A stretch of 64,000 bases of DNA from Strigamia acuminata (GCA_949358305.1 OX442314.1:29574001-29638000); one strand, 5' to 3'. Shown: positions 46,947 through 60,675, counted from the first letter of the stretch. Notes: generated by a model from the sequence alone, not told the origin. Numbers and translations: made by a program.

Positions 46947-49859
46947 ATGATGTTGCCACCAAACCGGTCCGCAGTTGCTCCGCCGGATCTAATGAACAGT
47001 CCCAATGAAAAGACCAATACGAAACATGAAAAACCTGCTGAGAAAATTGAATTTCTGGGATTGAACAAATTATTTGATCATTCGTACAGTCCCTTTTACA
47101 AATTTGCCTGGTTTCTAATCGTCACAGCTTGCTTCACTTGTTGCATCTACCAGATTTTTAGTAGTGTGAGCACTTACCTCGAAGACTCGATTACAATGGC
47201 AGTGGAATTCAGACCACAGACCTATTTCTCATTTCCTTCGGTCACTTTTTGCAATATGAAAATAGTGCACTTAATGTGGAATTCTTCAGGGCGTATGGTT
47301 AATCAAAATGGTCTCATCAGTACTGACCAATTATGGAATACAATTGGTAGAATGAATCCTGAGGAGTTGAGCGTCACGGTGGTGGTAAGTACAGATAATT
47401 AATAAAATGTCAACAGTGTCAACAATTGGTAGAAAAGGACCTGTTAAAACTATACGAGGTTGTGTTTAATTTTTTACAATTGAAATTTTGTTTTTAATCC
47501 AGTGCGGGGAAGAAACGGGGATCAACTGTACTGGACCAGAGATTTCTCTAATGAAAACTGATTTAATAAAAGCTGATTTAATAAAAGCTGAATCTGTGAA
47601 CACAGTGTTAGGAAATTGTCTGATGCTTACCATGAGTAATACATCTAAAACAAACGTTTTTAAGGACAAAGTTTGCACTAAAAGGTTATGCTGGAGTTTT
47701 AAGGGGTAGAAAATCTTAATTCAGAATAATTAATTAAATAAATAACTTCTTATAATTATAAATTTCTCGCAAAAAAATTATCTTATTGAAGAAAATTGTT
47801 ATTCCTAAATGCTTTAAGCCTCCAAGACCAAGGGTTAAGAGGATCTCTGGGGAAGAGATGTTTCACTAACAATCGAAAAACCTGTGCAAACTTTGTTTAT
47901 AACAGTGTATTCAATCTGTAGCTGGAAAACAATGTCTTTTGTTTGTGGTATTTAATTATAGAGCGTGAAATGAAGTACAAGGGTCCATTCACTTATATCA
48001 AATTCAAATGGAACTTTACAGTTAACAACACCTATAAATATAATTCATCACTTGAAAATAAATTGTCTGTAAGTTTTAAGCAGAAATGTCGCAAGATTTA
48101 AATATTCAATTAGTACTTTCCACTTGTAGTTTCACCTACACAATGATACATTCAAGCATGTCTATGATGGCTTAGTAACAGCTGAAGATTGTCTTATCGG
48201 TTATACTACAAAATATCGAGTAATTGAAAAACAGGTGTCGGCAAGTTTAATGACAATTTTAAACTGACTTTTCTAATATAGTTAGTGTTAGTGTGTCCGA
48301 CCTAGGACGATTATGCTATATTCGCCTCCCTACATAACCTTGCACTTTTATTGCCCTGTTGTATATGTGACGCTGGGTAAATGCCAGTAGTTGTGGTAAT
48401 CCTCTGTTTACACGGGAGGCGTATTTACAAACTAGAGGCGCTTCAGGAGTCTTTGCGGCCCGGAGTGACTAATGCATCTAACAGAATTATTAACGCAGAA
48501 AGGCAAGTTCCCTGCTCAGGTTGCGCTTACCTCACCTTAACTGGGTCAAACAAAACACAGCGAAACAAATCAAACTAACGCACAATTTCAACGTTATTGA
48601 TGTATTAGTCCTTCCTGGCCAAGGATTCTTGATGCGCCTGCAGTTTGTAAATGTGCGTACTTGACAACTCTGATCCAGTAAAAAGAGTGTACGGTAAGTC
48701 CCAAGCTTAATCGTCTAATACCATGTTCAGACTATGCTTTTGGATCTCATCCAAAGCTGCGGATCTAGATCCAAGATTGGTGTGAACAATCAACTCCGTT
48801 GACGGATCTTGATTGCACACAACTCCATGCAAGTGAATATTGGAACTCTGCTCAGTTGGATCTGATCGGGCGGATCGGATCCAGCCAAACTCGATCCGTT
48901 GGAGTGAACATGGTATTAAGTACAACGCAAGGGCACCGCAGGTTTTTTGGAACGGTGGTACACAATCAAACCTACCAAATCTAAAGTGGCACCAGTGCCA
49001 TCTAGGTAAAATAATGTTTATTTCAGTTTAAGAATTTAAATTTGTATCGCAATCCCTGTGCATCGGCAGATGAAGTTGCCACATGTTTTAATAACTGCAG
49101 TCTACAGGAATCGCTGCGCTTGTTAACTTGTGGGTAAGAGATAACAAAGTTCATTTACTTCCACATGTCTTAGTAATACAGTCGAAACTCTTTATAACGA
49201 ATCGCGATATAACGAATTATCGATATAACAAATACCTAAAAATGGCTGGTTTGGTTGGCTGACCATAGAACACCGTGTTAAATAATTTCGATCTAACGAA
49301 TTCTCGTTGTAACGAATCGATTTCTCGGGTCCCTTGCGATTCGTTATAAAGAGTTTCCACTGTATGACAACATTACAAGACATTTTAGTGGCATTTCCGA
49401 TTTACTTCCATTCTCGTGCAATGTTGGTTTTATTTTCTGTGTTGTGATTTGCTTCTGTTTTTATTTACAAGATTCCCTTTTATCGATTCTACCTATCAAT
49501 TACCACAATGCAACAGCACTGAGGAAGCTGTTAATAATTATAAGAAATTGACGGAGATCGCTATCAACTCGGGAAGAAATGTCGAATTGTGCCAATGCAA
49601 ACGGAAATGCAACGAGATGAAATACACATTGTATAAGGAAAGTGAGAGAAAGAATGATATAACACACTCCACACAAGTGATTTTACTTTATGCGGCCGAT
49701 ACACACGAAACTTTAACCGAGCGGCAAATGTTCCCGATTTCAGGATTGTTCAGTGATATTGGAGGAACCATTGGTCTATACCTTGGCATAAGCGTATTCA
49801 CAATTTTTGATCTCATTGGTTTTCTAATAAAAAAATTGATTTCCAAGTTTAATTTTTAA
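46947..49859 (+). CDS. DEG/ENaC (pickpocket/ASIC-like) channel subunit, paralog 1; exons 46947-47384, 47503-47635, 47962-48068, 48130-48234, 49027-49133, 49472-49859; 425 aa
   Basis: TM1 (FAWFLIVTACFTCCIYQI), FPSVTFCN, T.LGNC, Cys-rich CQCKRKCNE, TM2 SDIGGTIGLYLGISVFT. All introns are GT-AG and the spliced frame is open. Confidence 0.9.
48720..48915. mobile_element. MITE (taccatgttcac...gtgaacatggta family) in intron 4 of paralog 1
   Basis: TIRs; related copy at 53411-53732. Confidence 0.8.
49179..49362. mobile_element. 184-bp pogo-like MITE, same family as 11464-12039, in intron 5 of paralog 1
   Basis: TA-flanked TIRs cagtcgaaactctttataacgaatcgc / gcgattcgttataaagagtttccactg. Confidence 0.9.
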
Positions 49860-50455
49860 GGAAAATACTTGAAAGAGCAAGAAAAGGAAAATGATGATCA
49901 AACATGAACCAACTTAATGGTGATCAGACGCAAATTGGTTGAAATTTCGGGAAAACGTTACAAAAATGTTAAGAAATCATATACATATTAGTGCAGAAAT
50001 TAGCAAAAATACTGCTAGTCTTCAGACGAAATCGTGCCGGATTTATTTTTTTTTTTTTGGTGCCGAAAACATTAAAATTAGTGCGCCATTATTTGAAATT
50101 ATTTTCTGCCATTACCATGCATGTTTAAAAATATTTCACTCTTTATTAAAGCTATTGCACATTGATATTAGGCTGACGCCATCTCGTGTTAATAAGTAGT
50201 GCTAATTTCTGTGTTGTGTTGTTTTAACCTCCTTAAAATTTATGGGAAACTAATGATTAGTAATAAAATGTAGAATATTAGCTCAGCCATGAAAATGTCT
50301 GAGTGACAATTTAAAATTTATATTCCACCTGTAACGACCCATTACTATGTGTACCTTTCGCTGACACTTGACTTTTACGACATGTTGGCACGGAAATAAT
50401 AAACTCGATAACTTATGACCTCCACTTCACACTTCAATATTGTCATTTAGTGGCA

Positions 50456-50760
50456 ATGGCGCCGCAACCAAAACTGTTCCGTGTTAGATTTCCTCGTAAA
50501 ACGTAAAACGTAAGAAAAACGTGACAGAACATAAAAAAAGCAGTTGGAAAATTTGAGTTTCTGCGATTTAACAAATTCTACGATGACTCGTGCGGTCCAT
50601 TTTTCAAATTTGCAGTACGGATTTGTTATTCTATTTGCTGGCAGTTTTATTTAACTATAATCGGACATCAGATGAAAAGAAAAATGATTATTTCAGTACT
50701 GCAGAATTGTGGAATACAGTTGGTCAAATAAAACGAGAGGAATTCCGTGTAATTGCATCG
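50456..50760 (+). pseudogene. DEG/ENaC exon-1 pseudogene with TM1 deleted
   Basis: KFEFLRFNKFYDDSCGPFFKF is joined directly to CSTDLL...LWNTVGQIKREEFRVIAS followed by a gtaagt donor. Premature stops; no downstream exons before the next gene. Confidence 0.8.
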
Positions 50761-51246
50761 GTAAGTTCTGAATTTAGTGTTTCATAATCCAATGTTAGAC
50801 AGCTACAGTCTACTCTAAAATAAATTAAATAAATACTGCGTAATATTAAACACAATTGCAAAATTAATTTACAGCGATTGGTGAAAGAAATGACGAAAAA
50901 GAGGGAAATTAGACCTATAGTGACCATTGACCCAACAATCTATTAAAATTATTGACCATTGGTGCATAAAATTAATGGTAAACTGATAATTTGCTAATAA
51001 AACATGGAGTAAGGACGTAGAAGTTGTGTATCTGGTAATAAATCATCAAGTTTTATGGTAATACATTAAATAATTTTGTTTATGTACCGGTATAAGCGAT
51101 AATTTGCAAGTTGTTTTTCTTACGTTACAGGAAATACACCAAGAACAAGTTAATGACTTTTTTAACAAGTTTTACATTATTTTATGACACGTAGAATTAT
51201 GCACTCCCCAACTTGTCGACTTCAATATCGCCGTGTATTTGCAACG

Positions 51247-54200
51247 ATGCTGCAACCACACAGGTTGCGAGCTGTCCGGAGCAGAGACGAATGGACAAAG
51301 CAAGTCCGACACAAACCAGCAGCTGAGCGAACCGAATTTTTGGGATTGGACAAATTCAGCGATCCGTCCAAAAGTTCGTTTTACAAATTGGCTAGGTTTA
51401 TTTGTGTTGTGAGTTGCTTCACTTGTTGTTCCTATCAAATCGCAAATCGTGTGAGAACGTATCTCGATCGTCCGATCACACTTGAAGTACGGTGGAGACC
51501 ACAGACGACATTCTACTTCCCTTCAGTCACTTCATGCGGTTCGAATCTGGTAAATACTATGATACAAAGAGCCAATGGAAGTTTAAATGGACCGTTCATT
51601 AACGAGCGAGATAATAGCACATACATATGGAACACAGTGGGTAAAATAAATATGGAGGACTTGAAGACAACTACAGGCGTAAGTTAAGAAAATTTGATAA
51701 AAATCACGTTTATTTTGAAACATAGAAATGTGTATGTAGTTTATGTCGGGTTTGGTTTTTACAACCAAATTTAAAATGGCTGCCGCGAAAGTTGATCGAG
51801 GGATCATTTAAGGGTCTGGGTTAGGGGTCATCGACAGTTTAGGCAATTATTGATGTAGTTTTAAGGATTGGGGAAGATTGATGAGGGGAGACACAAAAAA
51901 CTCAACCATACCGTATAAGGGTTACTACGGAAGTCCTGTTACAATTTTATTTCAACGTTAAAGTCGCTGAGCACCAGGTGGGGCTCTTACAAAACTATCA
52001 TCACAGAATCTCATTTTACAATAATTATTGCCGCCTCCGATTAAGTGTCAGGGTCACCAAATTTGGTAATTATTCCCTAATTTTATTCATTTTTTTAGAA
52101 GAAAAAAACGTGCATACCGCACGGGTGACTGCTAGTCAACTTCTATCTCTTAAAACGATTCATTTTAGGTACAATGTTCCAATTAGCAAAGTTTTAGATT
52201 ATAAGAACACACGTATGCAAAGTGTCATAAATTGGCATAAAATACCTTCGTTCCTTTGAAATTATACATGTGATCCCCGAATAAAATACAATACCTCCTG
52301 TTTTTGTAAAATAAGCATTTTTTATTTCCGTCAAAACTAAAATCCAGCAGAATCGTAAATAGGTATACATAGTTTTTTTGTCAAAAATCTAAGTCGACTT
52401 TATGAACTTTCAAAACATTAGTATAAGTTATTTGAAACATCCTGTAAGTAATAGAATATGTTCGGTATACTTATGTGATTTTTTTATTATCTTATTTTGC
52501 TAAGGCGTGCTTTCTGGAAACAATTGGCAAATGTAATCAATCCATGCAAAATGAATATGTGGACACAGTACTTGGAAGATGTGTAAAGACTACCATGAGT
52601 AAGATAAAATCCAAAATCAATGAGATATAAACTGCACAGGACAAGCAATCTTGTGTGCAACGAAGTTGTATCGTTTATTCGACTTTCATCTTTTCGACTG
52701 TATTCACAAAATCATTAGACAATTTTAAATTTATTTATATATAAAAACGCTAGCATTAGGTGGTAACATAATAATTATTTTTTCATATACTTGTAAATAA
52801 GATGTTATTAAAGTTTTTATTGATGTAATGTTTTGCCAGGCTCGCCATGTTGTCACGAAATCCTATTACATATACAGTAAGTTTAAAAAATATCTGATTT
52901 TTTTTGAAGTTGTAATAAAATTTTCAAATTGTCTAGTGACTTTGTGAACACCCTTCAATATATTTAATTTGAATTCAATTGATAAATAATAAATAATAAT
53001 TTAATTCTAGAAGAACAAATGGAATATATAGGTCCTTATACACACATCACTTTGTCCTGGAAAGAATTTGCAATGCCGTTTCCCAAACCGTATGGAAATT
53101 TTTTCTTTGTAGGTTTTCATAATGAAAATGTGCAAGTGACAATTTAAATATGAAATTATAATTTCTATCTTGTAGTTTTTTCTTAACGGTGATAATTTCA
53201 CGCATGTGCATGATGGATTAAGAACAGCTGAAATAGCCCTTGCGAGTGATTCTACAACATTTCGAGTATTTGCAAAAGAGGTAGTAAGAAATGTTACAAA
53301 AATCTATTGCCAAATAAATTTGTGGTTTGAAATAATTTTCAATTAATTAATTGGAAATTATTTCAAAGCACAAAATTTTGGAAAAGTGGTGCAGGCAATG
53401 TAATATCTAATACCATGTTCACACCAAGCTTTTAGATCTCATCCGAAGCTGCGGACCTGGATCCAAGATTGGTGTGAACACTGAACTCCGTTCACGGATC
53501 TAGATCCATGTGCCCAACAACTCCGTTCATTTAATCGAGTTCCCACAACTTTATTCGACGATTGGATTCGGATTGGAATGCATTAAACAATGTCAGCAGT
53601 CATTCCATTGTTGCGCATCACATTTTGGTGTGAACACAACTCCATCCAAGTGAATATTGAAGCTCAGTTCAGTTGGATCTGATGGGACGGATGAGATCCA
53701 GCCAAACTCTATTCGTTGGTGTGAACATGGTTCTTAACTTAACCTCGGATGATCAACTATACTCTGGGCCTATTACCCATTGGCTGGGCCTTTTCGCTTG
53801 TGTAGTGATACCAAAAAATAGATCAAAACACTGGCTGACATTTTGACTGCTTTCCAGACAAAACAACCAATAAAAAATTAGAAAATTGTTTGCTTTCCTG
53901 ACAAAGCAAGCAATAAACTGAAAAAACATAAATGTTAAATAAAAACAATGCGGGACAACTTGGGTTTAAAAAAAATGGCGGATTTGAAGTCCTGTACTGA
54001 TCGTCCTAGACTTAACCAACCAAAGACGATGCAAGTGGCTCTCCACACCACTCACAATTTGTTGACATCGTTCACTTCTTTGTTTAAAATCAGTCAGATT
54101 GGTCTTTAAATTGTATAAATCGATGTACATTTTAGTTCAAGAATTTAAACTTGCCTCATAATCCATGTGCACCAGCTGAAGAAGTCAACCAATGTATTAA

Positions 54201-54691
54201 TGATTGCATTAACAATATATTTTTGAAGAACTTAACTTGTGGGTGAGGTTTATTTTTAATAAATTACTTTCATTTCTGTTCGTGTTTTGACGACTTTTAT
54301 TTCTCTTGCCAGATTGCCATTTATTAATTCTGCATTATCACTTTGCACCAGTTTTGTAGAAACAATGCAAAATCATTTGAAATGTTTGCCAATCGCTATG
54401 ACAATTAACCAGTTTATGAAATCTTGTCAATGTAAACGCAAATGCAACGAGATCAAATACACATTGTATAAGGACAGTGTAAAAAAGAATGACATGAACA
54501 AAACAGAATTGCAATTAATTTTTGCGGACGAAACACATCAAGAATTTTTGGAGGAAGAAATGCTTCCGCTTTCAGCATTGCTCAGTGAAATTGGAGGAAC
54601 CATTGGTCTATACCTCGGCATAAGCATATTCACAGTTTTTGATTTTGTTAATGGTGTGATCCATCGTTTACTTTCCAAATTCAAACACTAA
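51247..54691 (+). CDS. DEG/ENaC channel subunit, paralog 2; exons 51247-51678, 52505-52598, 53011-53108, 53176-53280, 54136-54242, 54313-54691; 404 aa
   Basis: Same motifs (EFLGLDK, FPSVTSC, T.LGRC, CQCKRKCNE, SEIGGTIGLYLGISIFT) and the same intron phases 0,1,0,0,2. The start could be the upstream in-frame ATG at 51184. Confidence 0.88.
53411..53732. mobile_element. MITE (same family as 48720-48915) in intron 4 of paralog 2
   Basis: TIRs accatgttcacacca / tggtgtgaacatggt and shared internal sequence. Confidence 0.8.
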
Positions 54692-54893
54692 AATGTAACT
54701 TCAATGCAGAAATTGGGTAGCCAAGATAAAAACCAATCTTTGCACTTTTACCACTCATTTATCAGAAAATTGTATGAATTCTTTGTAGTGATCCACTAAA
54801 TAAGAACTAATAATAATCAAACTTGTGACCACTGTTTGTAGATTACATAGTTTGTCACTAATTGTAATTACATAAATAAGAGCACTTGAACTT

Positions 54894-55170
54894 TGTGGAA
54901 ACTGACGGTTTCCAAAGGAACTAATTTAGTTTATAAGTTTGACCACAACGGCGCAGGTGCAAATTCACCTTGTGACCCACTTATGTTAATTCCTAGAAAA
55001 GGGGGACTTAATCCCTTCATTGTATTGTTCTACACAAGAATAAAAATTTACTGTACTTTTGTAAATGTAACTGTACACCATGCGTTTTTCTTGTGTCTGC
55101 TGAATCAAGTTAAATCCGACTCCATCAGTGTTCCAATGAGAATTTCAATACATATAACAAGTTATATAAT
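54894..55170 (+). mobile_element. Solo or degenerate LTR of the BEL/Pao family (right end uncertain)
   Basis: Starts tgtggaaactgacggtttccaaag and closely resembles 22562-22858 (gggggacttaatccct, gttaaatccgactccatca). Confidence 0.82.
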
Positions 55171-55433
55171 AATAAGTTAGTCATTTATGTACTTAACAAT
55201 ATTCATTTTGGATTACATTAACATCCATTGTAAAGTTGCCTAGGAGCAGTTCCTAGGAGCAGTTCCTAGGGGATAAAACATGTATTGATAATTTCAAATT
55301 GATTTTACACTAAACAAGTTGCTAATCACCATTTGCTGCACGACATCCGCTCTTCATTTTTTATATACGACACGAAAGTGTAAACTCGATAAAAATTTAC
55401 CTAATTTTCTTCAACAGCGTCAGTTGTGCAATC

Positions 55434-58399
55434 ATGCTGCAACGCAAACGGGCTCGTCCTAGTTATCCCATCAAAGTATTCGTGTACAGGTGCAAAAGTG
55501 TAAAAAAAGTTAGCCGTGTCAGATTCGAAGAACAGCAAATTCAATTTTTGGGATTGAACAAATTGAATGATCGATCGTACAGCGTATTTTCCAAACTTAT
55601 TTGGTTTATAATTGTCGTGGCTTGCTTCAGCGCTTGTTGCTTTCAAATTTCCTCACGCTTAATCTTCTACCTTGAAGGATCAATTACACTCGAAGTTAAA
55701 TTAACACCGCAAACGTTTATCACATTTCCTTCGGTTACGTTATGCAGCACAAATATGATGTTTATGATGTTAAAATTAAGAGAAGATAAGTCAGACGAGC
55801 ACATTGTAAACAATCAAATCGATACGGTCAATTTATGGAATACAGTGGGTCAAGTGCATCCGAAAGACTTACTTTCCTTTTTCATGGTAAGTTTACATAA
55901 AATTGACCAAATATTACACTTGTGACTTAAATCAAGTTTGCGCCCGGTAATTAGATAACGGGCACAAATTGTTCAAGCAAAGAGATCAAATTTTGAATGA
56001 AATACGTTTGTTTTTCACTAGTGTAAAGACCACACCAGCGGTGGCTGTAAAAAACCAGTTGTTCAAACAATGATAACTGAAACCTTTAATACGGTATATG
56101 GAAGTTGTACTATGCTTACTATGAGTAAAGGATTTATGTTATCTTCAAAATATAAATATCTTATTGAGACAGGGTTTGGAGTACACAGTACTCAGCAGTG
56201 CCGGACTGACCAGAGCGTAAGCTTGCTCAATGGAAAGTGGGCCCTGGTGATTTTATCCCCCTTTAAATTATTTTATTCTAATTGATGTCTTTGATCAACT
56301 GAAACGGGGCCCTTCGAGATCTGGGGGTCTTGGGGGAGTCCCCAATGCGTCCATACTACTGTATGATATGAATGGTGTAAACATGATGTCAAGAGTTCTT
56401 TTTAGTTCCGGCGTATACCAGAACTTTTGCAAGTGATGTTACCGTAATTTAAGTTTAGAATAGCGTGTGGGGAGGGGGGGGGGGGCTCCAAACCTATTGA
56501 TTGATAAATAAGCTTACTTGCATATTTGTAGAGGAGAAAATGCTATTTAGAGGTCGAACTACATATGTTGAGCTTTTTTGGAACAGTGTTAACTCAACTT
56601 ATCCCCCACCAGAAGAAAATGCAATAGTAGTAGGTTTTTATAAGGAAAATCTTGAAAAAAGACAATTGCATTATAATTTTTCTTGGGGGGGTGATTTTTA
56701 GTTTTCTCTCTTCAAGGATACATTCAAGCATGTACATGATGGCATAATTGTTGCCGATTATGCTGATGTCAATTATTATACAAGATTTCGGATATCTGCA
56801 AAAGAGGTAAAGTATATTGCATTCAAATAGCTTCTGTTTTTGCTATTTTTGATGTTTCTATAAATATTAATGGACATAAACAGTCATAAACCATAATCAA
56901 AAAACGTATACCGGTAAACAGAAATAAGAACATGGTTTTAACTGTCAAAACTTGGATTAGGTTTAGGTTTAGGTTCAAGAAAAGCTAACATAACCATTCC
57001 AGGAACTCTAGTGATCATAAGGGGCCTAGAGCAGCATTTCTCAAACTACAGTGTACTCTGTACGGATCGGACATAGGACGGGTCCCAGAAAATTGTACAG
57101 ACTAAAGGTGGAAACACAATGGAACGGGTAAAATTCCAAAACTTGCTATAAAAAAATAGTACAAGTTTAAAGATGGAGTCATTTACAAGCTCACTTGACC
57201 CGCTTTTGGCTTACCAGCTTAACTGGCAAACTCAAGCTAGCTAGGTAGCTAGCAAGAAATTCCCGCCAAAATCTCCTCCAAGAATTTCCTCACGATTCTG
57301 ATTGGCTGTCAGAGTCACATAACCAAAGCACCAGCAAGCTTGAAGCTGGTAAATCAAACTCAGTTTGATCGGAGCGGGTGAGTACAAGCTCGCTGCAAAA
57401 CAAAGCTTCCAATAAAAACGCAAGCTTATGTTTGCTCAAGCCGACGAGTTTTTAGCTGCTTTTTCAAGTAAAAGCAAGCTTTTAAATTTTAACCACTCTC
57501 TTGTGTTTCCACCTTTAGAGGCTCTCCAGAACCTAATAGGGGTGGGAATTTAATAGTGGGTCCAGCAAACCTGCCCACACCACTTTTCACACGATACTAT
57601 GTCTGGTCTGTACAGAGGACACTGTACGTAATGTAGCAGCCTGGTATATTTTGTCCGAATATGGTACAGACCGGTAACCAGACGTTGCTTTACTAAGCCT
57701 ATATACAATCTTTATGCTTCAGCGATAAGTGGCGGACCGGCAGCTTCTTGCTCGAGGACTGGCACTGGTTCACGGACAACCACTTTACTAGTAGAAGCGC
57801 TGACCTCGAGGATTCTTTTATGGATTGATTTGTGTTTACTTTAGTATAATAATTTGGATATGCCTCACAATCCCTGTGCTCCAGAAGAGGAAGTCGTTTC
57901 TTGTTTGAACAAATGCATTGACAAAAAAATGTTGCAGAATATGACTTGTGGGTAAGATGACAAAGTGTTTTTTAAAAAACTTTTTTTTTTGTACTATAAT
58001 TCTTGTGTTTTTGTCAGATTGCCATTTATCAATTCTTCATTGCCGCAGTGCACTAGCGTTAGCGAAACTGTAGATAATTACGTGTTTGCGTTAGAATTTA
58101 CTTTGACAATTGCACACCAATGTCAGTCTTGTAGATGCAAACGCAAATGCAACGAAGTAAAATACACACTGCACAAGGATATTCAGAGAAGAATTAAAGA
58201 GAGTGACATTACGTACTTGAGGTTGTTCTATGCAGACGATACACACGAGACATTAACAGAGCGGGAACTGTTCACGCTCTCAGAATTGTTCAGTGATATT
58301 GGAGGAACCATGGGTGTATATCTTGGCATTAGCATATTCACAATTATTGATCTTACTAGCACTCTAATCCGAAAAACACTTCAATTTGTTTCCAATTGA
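55434..58399 (+). CDS. DEG/ENaC channel subunit, paralog 3; exons 55434-55886, 56022-56124, 56532-56629, 56702-56806, 57845-57951, 58018-58399; 415 aa
   Basis: QFLGLNK, FPSVTLC, TVYGSC, CRCKRKCNE, SDIGGTMGVYLGISIFT. GT-AG introns with conserved phases; spliced frame is open. Confidence 0.9.
57032..57802. mobile_element. Three nested MITEs in intron 4 of paralog 3
   Basis: Outer hAT-like element 57032-57802 (degenerate 8-bp TSD gcctagag/acctcgag); middle TA-flanked element cagtgtactctgtac...gtacagaggacactg at 57049-57624; inner element taaaggtggaaacacaa...ttgtgtttccaccttta at 57103-57517. Confidence 0.72.
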
Positions 58400-58587
58400 T
58401 TTGTAGCTTCAATTTTAATTTAAATAAAAATAAAGATTAAAACTTGGTTTGGCATTTATTTTAACTTCTACACACTCAATTCCTCCAACACAACATATTC
58501 ATCACAATGGGTAGTACGGTATTTGAAATGTAATGAATATACCACCAGATGGTATAACAAAACAGATTGCTCCATCCAAATTGAGTG

Positions 58588-59100
58588 CACATTGTTTTAG
58601 CGAATCTCACTTTAGCGAATCCATTTTAGCGCCAAAAAATTGGCTAAAACGATGTGTTCACTAAAATGGGATTCGCTAAAGTGAGATTCGCTAAAACGGA
58701 GTGGTTGAAAATTTTTTTGATGAATAAAACTACGTTGGAAAAACGTACGCAGACTCCCCGAAATGCTCGGACAACTTCGCCGAAACGAACAACGCCGGTG
58801 AATCAAACGACAACTCCGCAAAAACGAGCGAAATCTACGCAGAAACCGACGAAACCGGCCGAAAAACGGACGAAAACGGCACAAAACAGGCCGAAAATGA
58901 CGCGCAAATCGACAAAATCGCCGGAAAAACGGTCTCGAGTTATTTCTCCGTCCAACTTTGTTTGAAGAAGTGAGAAGTGTAAACGTGCAATTCCTAGTTG
59001 GGTTAGTTATTCATTTATAATGTGAAAGCACAGTGTTTGATCTTTTTTTAAAAAATTCATTTTTCGCTAAAACGGGCTTCGCTAAAATGCACCCAATGTT
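58588..59100. mobile_element. Non-autonomous DNA element with repeated ttttagcgaa/ttcgctaaaa subterminal motifs
   Basis: Inverted arrays of the motif at both ends around an A-rich repetitive core. Confidence 0.6.
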
Positions 59101-60675
59101 GCGGTGATGTAATCTCATTTTCGCTATTGCCAATGTTGCGACAATACGAATTGTTTATGATTATCTTCCGCAAAAAACTGAAAAAAAACTTGGTTTTATG
59201 GGAACTGACATTTCCTGTGAAATGAGGAAAAATCCTCAGTCCAAACACAACACTTGTAGCGATCTCAAAATATCACTAAGATTTACGTACAAGTATTTGT
59301 TTTATTTTGAAAGAACGTTTTATTTATTTTGGAAAATGATATAGGCTAACGGAATTTTCTCTAGGATATTTTAAGGAGTTTGGTACAAGTTGCATTTATG
59401 CTGGTACTGGCGCCAAGGGGGTTGCCAGGGAGATCCAGTAAACTAATTGCTTTACAGGAAATGCCATTTCCTGTGAAAATAAGGAAAAACCTTACTAATC
59501 TGAGTAAGAAATATTATGTAATTTACACAGGATGTGTTAAATTGAACACAGGAAAAGCTACTTCCTGCAGAAAAAACTATAGTGGAGGATTCTGTTTTTT
59601 TCCTGGTCTATCTGAAGACCTAACCCCTCCTTCCCTTAACGCATGGATCACTCACGGTACTGGGAATGGCATACGGGCACATTCCCTGAGTATCATCATA
59701 GTGACCAACAGTGAGAACCGCTACAGTAGGTCTTAACGTAACTCTGTGGTCTTAACAGGAAGTTGGGCCCTTTATCTGCCTCTCTACAAGGGTACCTTTC
59801 CCATTGGTTATTGAGATAAAGACCGAATGTGATGTAATCATGGTAACTATCCCTTAATCATCAACTTCATCTGGTGGGGCAGGGTTGGACTAGCCATGTG
59901 GGTTCTGTGTTGTAGTGGCGGTGAATCGGTCACAAACAAACTTCGCTTACGTCATGCAGCAATTTTTGTCATTTTGACCTAGAATATGTTGCTGCGATCC
60001 GGGTTTTTATCCACTTAATTTCTAATAAATTAAGCAGAAACCGCAGGTGAATGCTATAAAAGACTTACAATCGGCGGCCTTAAATTATCTAGGGGTTAAG
60101 TTTAAGGAAAAGAAATAAAAAGACAGTTTTATCAATAAAAATCACAAATATGTATTTATTCGTTTAAATTACAATGACTAGTTAAAAATATCACGAATGC
60201 GACAAGTCGCGAAATGAAATGAGCGGGAACAATGGAAGGGCTTGCAACGACTGTTGCAAGCTACAAAGCGTCAGAAATGGCGCTTAAACAACACACAGTT
60301 GTTAGGCGAAGGCAAATTGTCTTCGTTCTGCAAACTCACGAACGATGGTCGAAGACGATGGTTCTCGTGGGTTTCTTCTACGGCTTGTGCGACGGCTCGG
60401 CGGCGGTGGTTGACGGCTGTAGGCGTCTGGTCCAGGTACGATGGCGATGGTTGCCGTTCGCGCGGCAACGATGGCGATGGTTCACTTGGATCAGGAAACT
60501 TCTTCTCGTTACGTTTGCTGGAATTAGCTACGGCTAATTCAAGCAGGATAGCTGGCTTTGTAATTCGTTACAAAGCAAGCTGGTGAAACTTGACGGTTAC
60601 ACGGTCCACTGTCAATACGTATTGTCGGAGCAGATATCGCAGTGATGTTGTGGGTTGTGTATTTTTGTCAAGAGT

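Noticed and set aside
58612..58965. K/R/T/P-rich ORFs resembling histone H1-like tails
   Set aside because: They arise from the repetitive core of a non-autonomous element.
60085..60100. piggyBac-like end (agggg-ttaa)
   Set aside because: No matching left TTAA-CCC terminus found.
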